A stretch of 64,000 nucleotides of DNA from NCBI GenBank assembly GCA_963714975.1, contig CAVQQD010000002.1:128001-192000 (forward strand). Direction: 5' to 3'. Below the pieces are notes generated by a model, which ran no database searches, was not told where the DNA came from, and worked only from the letters and a program-made list of their open reading frames with translations. A program made the position numbers and the translations under genes. This DNA comes from an uncultured Gammaproteobacteria bacterium. GTDB taxonomy: Bacteria; Pseudomonadota; Gammaproteobacteria; JAURND01. Below are positions 1 to 10,423 of the stretch, in pieces; positions within the stretch are counted from its first letter, which is position 1; the number at the start of each line of letters is the position of its first letter.

Positions 1-1
1 C

Positions 2-535
2 GACCTGGTTAAGCAAGACCCCTGGAGCATGGAAATATTTTATCGTCGCATCAGAGAATTAAAGAAAGAACGCTATTTTCTTTACCAAGAGGCTTGGCGT
101 TTATGGAGTATGGTTGTTAAAAAAAGCAATTTTGCTAGTTTGCGCTGGAAAACACTCTACCCCGCATTGATACTAGCCTTGGCCATTCCTGTCGGAGCTG
201 CTTCGGCCTTTTCGAAACTTAGCCCACAAGAGATCACCCAAGGGTTTATTTCAGGTAATTCCACACTTGATTATTTCAACACAATTGCCTTAGCAGCTAC
301 CAGTGCTTTAATAATTTCCGTCCTTGGATTGTTAATTTATCATGGTGCGCGCTGTTATTATGATAGACAATTGAGGGGCGCAATATTTCGTAACGACGAG
401 CAGAGGGTAACTTCCGCACTTGTTAAAGGTGCTGATCCCCAACTGTTGCTCAATTCATTTAGTGACCTACTTCCATCTTCTTATTTCTCTCAAGTTCACG
501 ACCCCATAGCAGGGATTTCTGTCAAAGTAATTTAA
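2..535 (+). CDS. hypothetical membrane protein, 5' end probably outside window
   Basis: Frame is open from the window start; two hydrophobic segments; C-terminal LRGAIFRNDEQRVTSALVKGADP is ankyrin-like. Confidence 0.5.
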   Translation, partial: DLVKQDPWSMEIFYRRIRELKKERYFLYQEAWRLWSMVVKKSNFASLRWKTLYPALILALAIPVGAASAFSKLSPQEITQGFISGNSTLDYFNTIALAATSALIISVLGLLIYHGARCYYDRQLRGAIFRNDEQRVTSALVKGADPQLLLNSFSDLLPSSYFSQVHDPIAGISVKVI

Positions 536-705
536 ACTTAAAATGAGGCTGTCCTGAGGTAGGGAGAAGAGATTTCTGCTTCTGGCATTCCTGTGCTACA
601 CTTTTGCCGCAATCCTACGCAACCACTCAGCTGAGGTGCTTTCATGCAATTACCTATCAATTCCGACTCCCACAAGGGGAGAAGGAATAATGTTGAGGAT
701 TAGAT

Positions 706-1245
706 TTACCGTACCAAACTTAAAAATTCTGCTCGCGTGCGGTTATCTTCACGAAAAGTACCGAGCATCATGGAAGTTTTCATTAAGGAATTTTGTTTCT
801 CTACCCCCCGCATCATCATGCATAAATGCTGGGCTTCTATAATAATGCCTACGCCAGCCGCTTTAGTGACATTCATAATAGAGGTGGCAATTTCTTCAGT
901 AAGTTTTTCTTGCACTTGTAAGCGGCGTGCATAAAGATCAACAATGCGGGCTAACTTCGAGACGCCAATGATTTTACCTTGGGGAATGTAGGCGACGTGG
1001 CATTTTCCAATGAAGGGCAAAAGATGATGCTCGCACAATGAATAAAGCTCAATGTTTTTCACCATCACCATTTCAGACATCGAGGAAGGAAAAATAGCAT
1101 TATTCACAATGTCATCTAAATTGGTGTCATAACCGCTGGTCAAAAAGCGCATTGCCTCAGCTGCACGTTTCGGCGTGTCTTTTAGGCCCGCGCGCTTTAG
1201 GTCTTCGCCAATGGATTCAATGATGGCTTTATAATGTTGTTCCAT
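706..1245 (-). CDS. folE: GTP cyclohydrolase I
   Basis: [10 protein letters not shown] and HLCMMMRGV motifs. Confidence 0.97.
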   Translation of the reverse strand: MEQHYKAIIESIGEDLKRAGLKDTPKRAAEAMRFLTSGYDTNLDDIVNNAIFPSSMSEMVMVKNIELYSLCEHHLLPFIGKCHVAYIPQGKIIGVSKLARIVDLYARRLQVQEKLTEEIATSIMNVTKAAGVGIIIEAQHLCMMMRGVEKQNSLMKTSMMLGTFREDNRTRAEFLSLVR

Positions 1246-1304
1246 GGTTGCTCCAATTTATAGCAATGAAGTTTGTATTCACCACAGTTGGCAAAAACAG
1301 TCGG

Positions 1305-1811
1305 TCATTGATAATAGGTCCACAAAAAGGCCACTAGTTGCACACCAATCCAGGCATAAATGGCGGCGACTACATCGTCGATTACAATCCCAAAACCTCC
1401 TTGGGCGTGCTCATCCAACCAACGGATCGGCCAGGGCTTCCAGATGTCAAACAGGCGAAATAACAGAAATCCAAGGACGATCCAAAACCAACCTAGGGGT
1501 GCGGCAATCATAGTGATTAAATACCCCACCATCTCGTCCAATACAATCGGCGTATAGTCATGCACCCCAATATCGCGGGCCGTGACATGGCAAATAACGA
1601 TAGAAAGCAGGGTGAAAATTAGGGTCAGGGTGATGTACAGCCATAGTGGCAGATGGGTCATCAACAGGTAAAAGGGGATCGCAGCTAAAGTCCCAAAGGT
1701 CCCGGGCATGAAAGGGATTAAACCGCTACCAAATCCAAAGCCAATAAAGTGAATGGGATCGCGCCAAACACTGCGAATGGTAGTTGCACGTAAATTATCA
1801 GTTTTCGCCAA
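1305..1811 (-). CDS. pgpA: phosphatidylglycerophosphatase A
   Basis: PGTFGTL, IVLDEMVG, FRLFDIWKPWPI, DDVVA motifs; follows thiL. Confidence 0.96.
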   Translation of the reverse strand: MAKTDNLRATTIRSVWRDPIHFIGFGFGSGLIPFMPGTFGTLAAIPFYLLMTHLPLWLYITLTLIFTLLSIVICHVTARDIGVHDYTPIVLDEMVGYLITMIAAPLGWFWIVLGFLLFRLFDIWKPWPIRWLDEHAQGGFGIVIDDVVAAIYAWIGVQLVAFLWTYYQ

Positions 1812-2763
1812 AGTGGTAATACCCTTTCTTTAAGAGAGTGAAATCTCGGCCGTCGGCATATGTTACTCTTAATCCTGGGGCTGATTCAATGACTCCGATG
1901 CAGGAATAATGACAGTTGAGCGGCGCTAGAGCTTGCTTTAGTTGTGGTTCTTGCGCAGGTGGCACAGTAAAACACAATTCATAATCATCGCCAGCAGTCA
2001 AAATGAGTTGGTGAGCCGTGGTTGAGTTTAGAGTTTGCATTAAGCTTGAAACGGGCAATGAAGCAATTTGGATTGTAGCCCCGACTCCGCTATTTTCCAG
2101 GATATGTTCCAAATCGGCGCCAAGCCCATCGGAAATATCAATGGCGGCAGAAGCTATGCCTCGCAAGGCCAGGCCAATGGCCACTTGGGGGGTAGGATAA
2201 TCGAGCCTGTCTTGTGCTTGTTGCAAGTGTTCTTGAGTTAATGACAGCTTGTTTTGCAAGACTGCTAGGGCAAGCCCTGCTTCACCTGGCCAACCAGTGA
2301 CGTAAATCTTATCTCCCACCCTAGCCCCTGAGCGGCTGAGCTCTTGTCCAGGCGGGACGAAGCCGATCACCTGGCTGGTAATTGCCAGCGGTCCTCGGCT
2401 GGTATTGCCGCCAATCAGCTGGAGTTGAAAGCTTTTGCGGAGCTGGGCAAAACCTTCGCAGAAGCCTGCTAACCAAGTTTTGTCCACTTTTGGTAAGCTA
2501 AGGGATAGCAATACCCAGGCAGGTTCTGCCCCCATGGCAGCCAAGTCACTTAAACTGACGGCAAGGGCTTTGTGTCCTAGCGCTTGCGGGGAGGCGCCAG
2601 TAGGGAAATGCACCCCTTCGTTCAAGGTATCGGTGGATATTGCGAGCAGTTGACCAGGAGCGGGCCTGACCAACGCGCAGTCATCCCCAATACCAAGAAC
2701 TACGTCGGCACGCTGACCAGCATGGGGTTGGAAATAGTGGGCTATTAGTTCGAATTCAGTCAT
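1798..2763 (-). CDS. thiL: thiamine-monophosphate kinase
   Basis: EFELI, GIGDDCA, SDLAAMG, DISDGL, GDDYEL motifs. Confidence 0.97.
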   Translation of the reverse strand: MTEFELIAHYFQPHAGQRADVVLGIGDDCALVRPAPGQLLAISTDTLNEGVHFPTGASPQALGHKALAVSLSDLAAMGAEPAWVLLSLSLPKVDKTWLAGFCEGFAQLRKSFQLQLIGGNTSRGPLAITSQVIGFVPPGQELSRSGARVGDKIYVTGWPGEAGLALAVLQNKLSLTQEHLQQAQDRLDYPTPQVAIGLALRGIASAAIDISDGLGADLEHILENSGVGATIQIASLPVSSLMQTLNSTTAHQLILTAGDDYELCFTVPPAQEPQLKQALAPLNCHYSCIGVIESAPGLRVTYADGRDFTLLKKGYYHFGEN

Positions 2764-2931
2764 ATGAGGACGTTAATATTTGGTAATTTCTCAAAATTAT
2801 CCTATAGTTAATCTATAGAAAAAGCACTTTTTCTGCACAATGCAGGTTCGGAATAGGTGCTGTTAAGTGCGGCTGGCAATTACAGCGCCTTCGTAGTCTT
2901 GAGTTGTGTTCCACAGAGTTTGGAGCACAAC

Positions 2932-3357
2932 TCATTTTTTTCTCGATACTTTAGCCACTTGATCTAGAATCGCATTGACATATTTATAGCCTTCTTGAGC
3001 TCCAAATGCTTTCGCTAGGCGAAGTGCCTCGTCAATCACAACACGATAGGGTATATCCAAGCGATGTAGGAATTCGTAAATCGCAATGCGGAGGATGGCA
3101 AGTTCAATCGGGTTTAAATTATCAAGCGGTCGATCTAAAAAGGGGTGCATTTGCGCATCTAATTCGGCAAAAACTAAGGGGACCCCGCGCAGCAGCTCCA
3201 AAAAATAAGGAATATCTACCTTATCTGAAACTTGGTCTTCAAGAAATTGCGCTTCAATTTCACTGGTAGTGTGGCCGGATAATTGCCACTGATAAATGGC
3301 TTGCAGGGCAAGCCGACGGGCTTTGCGTCTTTGTGATGGGCTGGCTTTATTTTGCAT
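2932..3357 (-). CDS. nusB: transcription antitermination factor NusB
   Basis: [15 protein letters not shown]; YVNAILD. Confidence 0.96.
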   Translation of the reverse strand: MQNKASPSQRRKARRLALQAIYQWQLSGHTTSEIEAQFLEDQVSDKVDIPYFLELLRGVPLVFAELDAQMHPFLDRPLDNLNPIELAILRIAIYEFLHRLDIPYRVVIDEALRLAKAFGAQEGYKYVNAILDQVAKVSRKK

Positions 3358-3535
3358 AAGATTTTCGTTCTTCGAGTCGGGGAATAGCTTTCCGAAATTC
3401 CCTCACAGATTCATAGGTGGTAAATCGTTCGTTACAAGCACTACATTCACGGCGGCGTCGCACTTGATTATTTTCTTCCACTAGCCTGGAATCAATAACG
3501 CGCATATCAGGCTTTTGACAGAGGGGACAGCGCAT
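3347..3535 (-). pseudogene. nrdR: NrdR repressor, internally deleted (Zn ribbon plus C-terminal helix only)
   Basis: MRCPLC..VIDSR..VRRRREC..C.ERFTTYE followed directly by [12 protein letters not shown]; only 62 aa; position glyA-nrdR-nusB. Confidence 0.85.
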
Positions 3536-3537
3536 AA

Positions 3538-4791
3538 TCAGCCATAAACAGGAAAACGTTTACATAAATCCTTAACCTTGCTTTTGATCTCATCAATTAG
3601 TTGGGAATTTTGATGGTCATCTAAAATAGCGCAAATCCACTTGGCTAATTGTTCTGCTTCTAATTCTTTGAACCCTCGGGTAGTCATAGCGGGAGTGCCA
3701 ATACGTAAGCCACTGGTGATAAAGGGGGATAAGGGATCATTAGGCACGGCATTTTTGTTCACCGTGATATTAGCCTTTCCTAATACCGCTTCGGCTTCTT
3801 TGCCGGTTAAATTTTTGTCAATCAAATCCACTAGGAACAGATGATTATCTGTTCCTCCCGAAACAATTTTATACCCATGATTAACTAGCACAGCAGCCAT
3901 TTTTCGGGCATTTACCAGCACTTGTTGTTGGTAGAGCTTGAAATCAGGCGCCAAAGCTTCTTTAAAAGCGACTGCTTTGGCAGCAATGACATGCAGCAAG
4001 GGGCCACCCTGCAAGCCAGGAAACACAGCAGAATTAAGCTTTTTCTCAATTTCAGGGTTTGCCTTGGCGAGAATGAAACCACTGCGAGGACCACGTAGAG
4101 TTTTGTGAGTGGTGGAGGTGGTGACGTCAGCAATAGCTACTGGGGAAGGGTAGAGACCTGTAGCGACCAAACCAGCGATATGCGCCATGTCGACGATCAA
4201 ATAAGCTCCCACTTGATCGGCAATTTCACGAAAGCGTTGCCAATCAGCGATGCGCGAGTAGGCAGAAAATCCCGCCATAATGACTTTAGGGCGATGCTCT
4301 TGGGCTAGACTGGCCACTTGCGCATAATCAATTTCCCCCGTTTGAGGATCTAAACCATATTGGATGGCCTGGTAGATTTTTCCAGAGAAATTGACCTGGG
4401 AGCCGTGGGTTAAATGCCCGCCATGAGCTAGGCTCATGCCGAGTAGGGTGTCGCCAGGCTCAAGTAAGGCAAAATACGCAGCGGCATTGGCTTGTGATCC
4501 AGAATGGGGCTGGACATTGGCATAATCCGCATTAAAAAGCTTTTTAAGGCGAGCAATGGCCAATTCTTCGACCTGGTCTACATATTCGCAGCCCCCATAA
4601 TAGCGTTTGTGCGGATAGCCTTCAGCGTACTTGTTGGTAAGCACTGAGCCTTGGGCTTGCAACACCGCGGGACTGACATAATTTTCTGAAGCGATCAGCT
4701 CAATGTGCTCTTCTTGACGAATTTCTTCTTGATGGATGGCTGAGGCTATTTCAGGATCAAAGCGGCCTAGGGTTAAATTTTTATCAAACAT
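3538..4791 (-). CDS. glyA: serine hydroxymethyltransferase
   Basis: [24 protein letters not shown] motifs. Confidence 0.98.
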   Translation of the reverse strand: MFDKNLTLGRFDPEIASAIHQEEIRQEEHIELIASENYVSPAVLQAQGSVLTNKYAEGYPHKRYYGGCEYVDQVEELAIARLKKLFNADYANVQPHSGSQANAAAYFALLEPGDTLLGMSLAHGGHLTHGSQVNFSGKIYQAIQYGLDPQTGEIDYAQVASLAQEHRPKVIMAGFSAYSRIADWQRFREIADQVGAYLIVDMAHIAGLVATGLYPSPVAIADVTTSTTHKTLRGPRSGFILAKANPEIEKKLNSAVFPGLQGGPLLHVIAAKAVAFKEALAPDFKLYQQQVLVNARKMAAVLVNHGYKIVSGGTDNHLFLVDLIDKNLTGKEAEAVLGKANITVNKNAVPNDPLSPFITSGLRIGTPAMTTRGFKELEAEQLAKWICAILDDHQNSQLIDEIKSKVKDLCKRFPVYG

Positions 4792-4804
4792 TGCGGTGAC
4801 TCTT

Positions 4805-5458
4805 TTAGTGCCATTGACTGTCTACATCGATTAATCCATGCTTGATGGCGAGCCGTGCGGCTTCTACATCCGTTTTAACGCCAAGTTTTCTTAAAATATT
4901 ACTGCGATAACCATTAATCGTCTTGATACTTAAAAATAATTTTTGGGCAATTTCATCCGGGTCAATACCTCGCGCTACCATCAGCAATACCTGGAGCTCA
5001 CGTTCATTGAGCTCAGTAAAAGGAGAGGCTTGATCCTGAGCGGCGAAGTGCGGCAAGATGATGCGGTCAATCATCGATGAGTCAATATATCGATTGCCCA
5101 ATTCGATCGATTTAATCGCTTTGACCATTTCTTCACTACTGGCTTGCTTGGTTAAATAGCCTGAGGCGCCGATACTAATGAGTCGAGCTGGTAAAAAATC
5201 ATCGTTTTGTGAGCTGATAATCAGGATCTTAACCGCCGTATCGGTCCGTAACAGCCGGACGGTGGCTTCCACCCCACCAATTCCTGGCATATTAACATCC
5301 ATGAGAATAATGTCTGGCTTCAGTTCGCGTGCTAAGCCAATCGCTTCTTCACCACTACTGGCTTCACCGACAATTTCAAATTCATCGACGGCATTGAGCA
5401 TCAATTTGATTCCCGTGCGCACGATTTCGTGGTCGTCAACTAATAGGATTCTTGTCAC
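4805..5458 (-). CDS. UvrY/GacA/LetA-family response regulator (REC + LuxR HTH)
   Basis: [34 protein letters not shown]. Confidence 0.88.
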   Translation of the reverse strand: MTRILLVDDHEIVRTGIKLMLNAVDEFEIVGEASSGEEAIGLARELKPDIILMDVNMPGIGGVEATVRLLRTDTAVKILIISSQNDDFLPARLISIGASGYLTKQASSEEMVKAIKSIELGNRYIDSSMIDRIILPHFAAQDQASPFTELNERELQVLLMVARGIDPDEIAQKLFLSIKTINGYRSNILRKLGVKTDVEAARLAIKHGLIDVDSQWH

Positions 5459-5503
5459 AGTGGAGGGCTCCCTTTAAAGTAGCTTTTTCCGAACTATAAC
5501 ATA

Positions 5504-8182
5504 CTAATGGGCTTCGTCCCAATTATTGCCAACGCCAATATGCACCACCAGCGGAACATCCAGCGGCATAGATTGGGTCATATGTGCATGGATTTGGGGA
5601 ATAGCAGCATCGATATCTGGTTCAGCCACTTCAAACACCAATTCATCATGCACCTGCATAATCATCTTAATATCGATGGGGGTAGTGCTTTGCCAAGCAT
5701 CCAAGTGAATCATGGCAATTTTGATAATATCAGCTGCAGTTCCCTGCATTGGCGCATTAATGGCGGCGCGTTCCGCAGCGCGACGGCGGTTCATTTGACT
5801 GCTGCGGATGTCTGGGACATAAAGGCGCCGGCCAAGTAAGGTTTCTACATAGCCTTGTTGAAAGGCTTGGTAGCGCGTACCCTCCATATACAATTTCACT
5901 TGCGGGTAACGATCAAAATATTTATCCATGTAAACTTGCGCAATCCCCCGATCAATCCCCAGTTGGCGGGCCAAGCCAAATGAAGACATTCCATAAATTA
6001 AACCAAAATTGATGGCCTTGGCTTGGCGGCGCTGTTCAGCAGTCACTGCGGATAAAGCAATGCCCAACACCTCAGCCGCCGTGGCACGGTGAATATCCAG
6101 GTCATCGGCAAACGCCTTGAGTAGCCCCGGATCTTGGGACAAATGCGCCATGATGCGCAGTTCAATTTGCGAATAATCAGCGGAGATAAGCTTATAGCCA
6201 GGTGGGGCAATAAAAGCTTGGCGGATTCTCCGGCCTTCTTCGCTACGAATAGGAATATTTTGCAAGTTAGGATCGGTAGAAGAAAGTCGGCCCGTAGAAG
6301 TGACTGCTTGGTTATAAGAGGTGTGTACTCGGCCAGTTCGTGCATTGATTTGCGTGGGTAAGGCATCGGAATAAGTGGATTTTATTTTGCTTAAACTGCG
6401 ATATTCCAAGATTTTCCGTGGCAAAGGATAATCCAGAGCAAGCTCTTGGAGCACCGCTTCTGCTGTTGAAGCTGCGCCCCCAGGAGTTTTACTTAAAATA
6501 GGTAACCGCAAGTGGTCATAGAGGATTTCTTGTAACTGCTTGGGGGAGGCAAGATTAAATACCCGACCGGCGAGCTGAAACACTTCTTCTTCAATCTGCT
6601 GTAAGCGGACAGAGAGCTCTGCACTTTGCTGCTTTAACAGCTGGGGATTAATCATCACCCCATGGCGTTCCATATGTGATAAGACCGGAACTAGGGGCAA
6701 CTCAATTTCGGTCAGGACTTTGGTTAATTTTGGATCAGCAGCAATTTTGGGCCACAATTGTTGATGCAGTTGCCAAGTTACATCCGCATCTTCAGCCGCA
6801 TAATCACTGGCTTTTTCCATAGAAATCTGATTAAGGGTTAGTTGCTTTTGTCCTTTGCCGGCAATGGATTCATAGGAAATCGTATGCGTGCCCAGGTATT
6901 TTAAAGCTAGGCCCTCAAGATTATGACGGCTGCTGGCACTGTCCAACACATAGGATTCCAGCATGGTGTCCATAGACTGGTTTTGGATCGTGAGCCCATA
7001 ATTCGCTAACACGCCTAGCTCATATTTTAGATTGTGGGCAATCAAGGTTTTTGTCGGATCTTCTAACACAGGCTGCAGCTGCTGCAGCAGATAGTCTAGG
7101 GATATTTGTTCTGGGGCACCTAAATAATCGTGGGCCACCGGGATGTAGACCGCTTGCTGAGGGGCAATGGCCAAAGCCAGCCCAACTAATTTGGCATCAA
7201 GGGTGTTGACACTAGTGGTTTCAGTATCTAGGGTAAAATAAGCTGCTTTTCGCAGCTTTTCCAGCCAAGTTTCGAGTTCGGTTGTGGTCAGAATAGTTTG
7301 ATACTGGCTGGCAGCTGCAGTAGTAGGGGTCTCGACTAATAATTCTTTCAGCCAAGTGTTAAATTCTAGCTGTTTGAGTAGCGTAATCAGCTGAGCTCGA
7401 TCAGGATCTTTCCGGCGCAAGCCCGCGAGGGTCACGGGTAAATCAGAGATATGTCGCTCCAATGTCACCAAGCGCCGTGACAAGGCTAATTGACTTAGGC
7501 TGTTACGTAAATTTTCCCCGGCTTTCCCAGTAAAGGTTTCGGCATGAGCGATAATGGCATCGAGTGAGCCATGTTCTTGCAACCATTTTGCCGCGGTTTT
7601 GGGGCCTACATTAGGAACGCCAGGAATATTATCCGTACTATCGCCCATAAGGCTTAGATAATCGATTATTTGTTCCGGGGTCACGCCAAATTTTTGCCTC
7701 ACCCCCTCACGATCTAACTGGGTATTTGACATGGTATTAATCAATGTAATATGCTCGCTAACCAGTTGCGCCAGGTCTTTATCACCTGTTGAAATCAGGG
7801 TGGTCATGCCTTCGGCTTCAGCTTGAGTTGCTAAGGTGGCGATGATGTCATCTGCTTCAACACCCTCCACCAGGATCAAAGCAACTCCCATGGCTTGAAT
7901 GGATTCGTGCAAAGGTTTTATTTGACTAACGAGTTCGGAGGGCATGGGAGGCCGATGCGCTTTGTAGGCCGGGTACATTTCGTCGCGAAAGGTTTTTGCC
8001 TTGGAATCAAAAACCACACCGACATATTCAGGATCGTACTCGGTAATTAATTTTCGCATCATGTTTAACACCCCGTAGATAGCCCCCGTGGGCTCACCAC
8101 GGGAGTTAATCAGTGCTGGCAGGGCGTGAAAGGCTCGGTACAAATAAGAAGAGCCATCGATAAGGATAAGAGGTTTTTTCAT
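5504..8182 (-). CDS. polA: DNA polymerase I
   Basis: LIDGSSYLYRAFHA, DTETT, ADYSQIELR, QVHDEL. Confidence 0.98.
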   Translation of the reverse strand: MKKPLILIDGSSYLYRAFHALPALINSRGEPTGAIYGVLNMMRKLITEYDPEYVGVVFDSKAKTFRDEMYPAYKAHRPPMPSELVSQIKPLHESIQAMGVALILVEGVEADDIIATLATQAEAEGMTTLISTGDKDLAQLVSEHITLINTMSNTQLDREGVRQKFGVTPEQIIDYLSLMGDSTDNIPGVPNVGPKTAAKWLQEHGSLDAIIAHAETFTGKAGENLRNSLSQLALSRRLVTLERHISDLPVTLAGLRRKDPDRAQLITLLKQLEFNTWLKELLVETPTTAAASQYQTILTTTELETWLEKLRKAAYFTLDTETTSVNTLDAKLVGLALAIAPQQAVYIPVAHDYLGAPEQISLDYLLQQLQPVLEDPTKTLIAHNLKYELGVLANYGLTIQNQSMDTMLESYVLDSASSRHNLEGLALKYLGTHTISYESIAGKGQKQLTLNQISMEKASDYAAEDADVTWQLHQQLWPKIAADPKLTKVLTEIELPLVPVLSHMERHGVMINPQLLKQQSAELSVRLQQIEEEVFQLAGRVFNLASPKQLQEILYDHLRLPILSKTPGGAASTAEAVLQELALDYPLPRKILEYRSLSKIKSTYSDALPTQINARTGRVHTSYNQAVTSTGRLSSTDPNLQNIPIRSEEGRRIRQAFIAPPGYKLISADYSQIELRIMAHLSQDPGLLKAFADDLDIHRATAAEVLGIALSAVTAEQRRQAKAINFGLIYGMSSFGLARQLGIDRGIAQVYMDKYFDRYPQVKLYMEGTRYQAFQQGYVETLLGRRLYVPDIRSSQMNRRRAAERAAINAPMQGTAADIIKIAMIHLDAWQSTTPIDIKMIMQVHDELVFEVAEPDIDAAIPQIHAHMTQSMPLDVPLVVHIGVGNNWDEAH

Positions 8183-8217
8183 AACAATAGTAATAAACTA
8201 AATGAGGAGAAAAATAA

Positions 8218-8511
8218 ATGCCCAGAGCTGGTTTTTTTGCTGGTGTAGCATACGGAGTTGTAGGTAACGTACTAATAACAGAAGGAGGGGCTATCCGAAA
8301 CGGTGATGGAACTCCTACGGTAGATGTTTTGGAAAGGCAGGCGTCAATGGTAGTCCTGGGGCTTGGATGTATCACCTATGGCGTTCAACAAAGAGACAAT
8401 TTGACGTTAGGTATGGGTGTTGGCCTATTGGGTACAGCAGTACTGCGGGCTGCTACTGGGTGTCATGATCTACTTACCTGTAATCAAGCTCCTGCTCCTG
8501 CCATCCGATAA
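8218..8511 (+). CDS. small hypothetical membrane protein
   Basis: GAGG RBS upstream of ATG; Gly-rich hydrophobic segments; no recognised family. Confidence 0.4.
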   Translation: MPRAGFFAGVAYGVVGNVLITEGGAIRNGDGTPTVDVLERQASMVVLGLGCITYGVQQRDNLTLGMGVGLLGTAVLRAATGCHDLLTCNQAPAPAIR

Positions 8512-8564
8512 ATCCTGAATGATCCTTCTCCCCTTGTGGGAGAAGGATCACACGCGGGGATATT

Positions 8565-9200
8565 GTGCTAATAAAAATAAAAACAGTATTGGTGAATGTG
8601 GCGTTGGGTCTTGTTTATGGGATATCTTCTCCTATTTTTGCCTTGGATAAAGCGAAAACATTGGCCGACTTGCCTTCGGCTATTATGGTTTATTGGGGCA
8701 AAATGACTAACGAAGAGTTGATGGATGATATTGTCTTCAACTTTACCACTCGAGGGGAGACTTTATATTCAATCGAATTTTCTCGGCAATTAGCAGAGAG
8801 AAATCTTATTCGGCGTTTCTTGCAGCCGTTACTGACCACGGTGGAAATGGTGGGGAACTTTACCTATAAGACTGATCCAGTTGGACCCATTTATGAAGTC
8901 AATCCCTATTTGGCATTTCGTTGGGCTAATTTTCCTTGGAATAAATATTTACTCACTAGCTTTGCGGTGGGGGAAGGTTTATCTTATGACAGCAAAGTGC
9001 CAGAAATAGAGATTCCCAGTGAAGGGACGCCGCAGCGGGTGCTTAATTATCTGATGTTGGAGCTAACCTTAGCTTTACCTCAGCATCCGCAGTGGGAGTT
9101 TGTGGCACGGATCCATCATCGTTCTGGCGTATTTGGTTTGTATGATTCGGCGAACTCAGGTTCAACGGCAGTGGGTTTGGGTTTGCGTTATCGATTTTAA
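8565..9200 (+). CDS. outer-membrane beta-barrel protein (PagL/acyloxyacyl-hydrolase-like)
   Basis: Signal-peptide-like N-terminus, RIHHRSG motif, C-terminal GLGLRYRF barrel signal. Confidence 0.6.
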   Translation: MLIKIKTVLVNVALGLVYGISSPIFALDKAKTLADLPSAIMVYWGKMTNEELMDDIVFNFTTRGETLYSIEFSRQLAERNLIRRFLQPLLTTVEMVGNFTYKTDPVGPIYEVNPYLAFRWANFPWNKYLLTSFAVGEGLSYDSKVPEIEIPSEGTPQRVLNYLMLELTLALPQHPQWEFVARIHHRSGVFGLYDSANSGSTAVGLGLRYRF

Positions 9201-9227
9201 TCTAATAAAAGTAAAAGGAACGAAAAT

Positions 9228-9881
9228 ATGAATGTGAAGCGATCTGTTAGTTTATTGATGATGGCGCCAGTATTTGTGGTGTTAAGCAGTTGTACCACCA
9301 ATCCTTATACTGGGGAACAACAAGCCGGTAAAATTGGCATAGGAGCGGGCTTGGGTGCGGCGACTGGGGCTATTGCTGGCCAGCTGATTGGCCATAATAC
9401 GACTGCCACTTTAGTGGGTGCCGCTGTGGGTGCGGGTGTAGGTGGTGCTGTAGGCAATTATATGGATCAGCAAGCCAACATGTTGCGTCAGCAGTTGCAA
9501 GGAACTGGAGTCAGTGTGGTCCGTAATGGTAATGATGTGCAACTCATTATGCCAGGTGATATAACTTTTGCGGTCGATCGAGCTCATATTAAGCCGCGTT
9601 TCTATGCCGTGCTGGATTCAGTTGGATTGGTTTTGAAGAAATATAACAAGACCGTTGTCCGGGTAGCAGGTTACACCGATAGCACAGGTTCCGATTCACA
9701 TAATCAAGAACTATCTGAAAACCGCGCGCAAAGTGTGGCTAGTTATTTAATGAGCCAAGGAGTTGCCCCGGGTAGATTTTCAGTAGTGGGTTATGGCAAA
9801 CGTTATCCTGTAGCGAGCAATGCTTCTGAGGAAGGCCGAGCCAAAAATCGCCGGGTGGAGATCACTTTGCAGCAGATTTAG
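9228..9881 (+). CDS. OmpA-family lipoprotein with glycine zipper (YiaD-like)
   Basis: Lipobox LSSC, glycine zipper, GYTDSTG..N..LSENRA..V, NRRVEI. Confidence 0.92.
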   Translation: MNVKRSVSLLMMAPVFVVLSSCTTNPYTGEQQAGKIGIGAGLGAATGAIAGQLIGHNTTATLVGAAVGAGVGGAVGNYMDQQANMLRQQLQGTGVSVVRNGNDVQLIMPGDITFAVDRAHIKPRFYAVLDSVGLVLKKYNKTVVRVAGYTDSTGSDSHNQELSENRAQSVASYLMSQGVAPGRFSVVGYGKRYPVASNASEEGRAKNRRVEITLQQI

Positions 9882-10342
9882 CTGTTTCTCGCCAGCTTCA
9901 AAAGCGCTTGTTTCAATGCCGGATCGGTGACGCTATTAGCGACTTCAGCGAGGGCAGCAGCGCTTTCAGCTGCGATGGCAGTTGGAGTACGTGTTGGTGG
10001 GGTTGGCTCTTGGCTAATGGGTAAAGTCGTGACTTGAATTGCGTCAATAGATTGAAACTCAGGATGCCCATGCAATTTGGTTAGTAGAGTGGGAATACGG
10101 TATTGCAGATGGGCTGCCCATGCCGTATTTTCCACCCCAAGTAGCAAGCAGGTTTGATTAATGGATAGTACCAGGCAATGAGGCGCCAGACTAAAATCCG
10201 TGAGGCGGTCAAATAATTGTTGCAGAAATTGCAATTTTTGCAGCTGTGCCTGCAGCTGGTTAAACCATGCCGTTTGTGATATTTGCGCTGCTAACGGTTT
10301 TACAGTACTTTCTTGTTTATATTGACTAGATTGAGCTAGCAT
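9878..10342 (-). CDS. DUF721/DciA family protein
   Basis: Divergent from secA as typical; WAAHLQYRIPTLL motif. Confidence 0.75.
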   Translation of the reverse strand: MLAQSSQYKQESTVKPLAAQISQTAWFNQLQAQLQKLQFLQQLFDRLTDFSLAPHCLVLSINQTCLLLGVENTAWAAHLQYRIPTLLTKLHGHPEFQSIDAIQVTTLPISQEPTPPTRTPTAIAAESAAALAEVANSVTDPALKQALLKLARNS

Positions 10343-10423
10343 TTTGTGCGATACTCCAAAAATTTTCCGTCATCCCTGCTTCCTGCGGGGACGACGTTTA
10401 GGATCAACTGAGATTAAGCAAAT

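Noticed and set aside
2932-3535. Missing ribD/ribH between nrdR and nusB
   Set aside because: Direct glyA-nrdR-nusB-thiL order is, to my knowledge, normal in Legionellales-like genomes.
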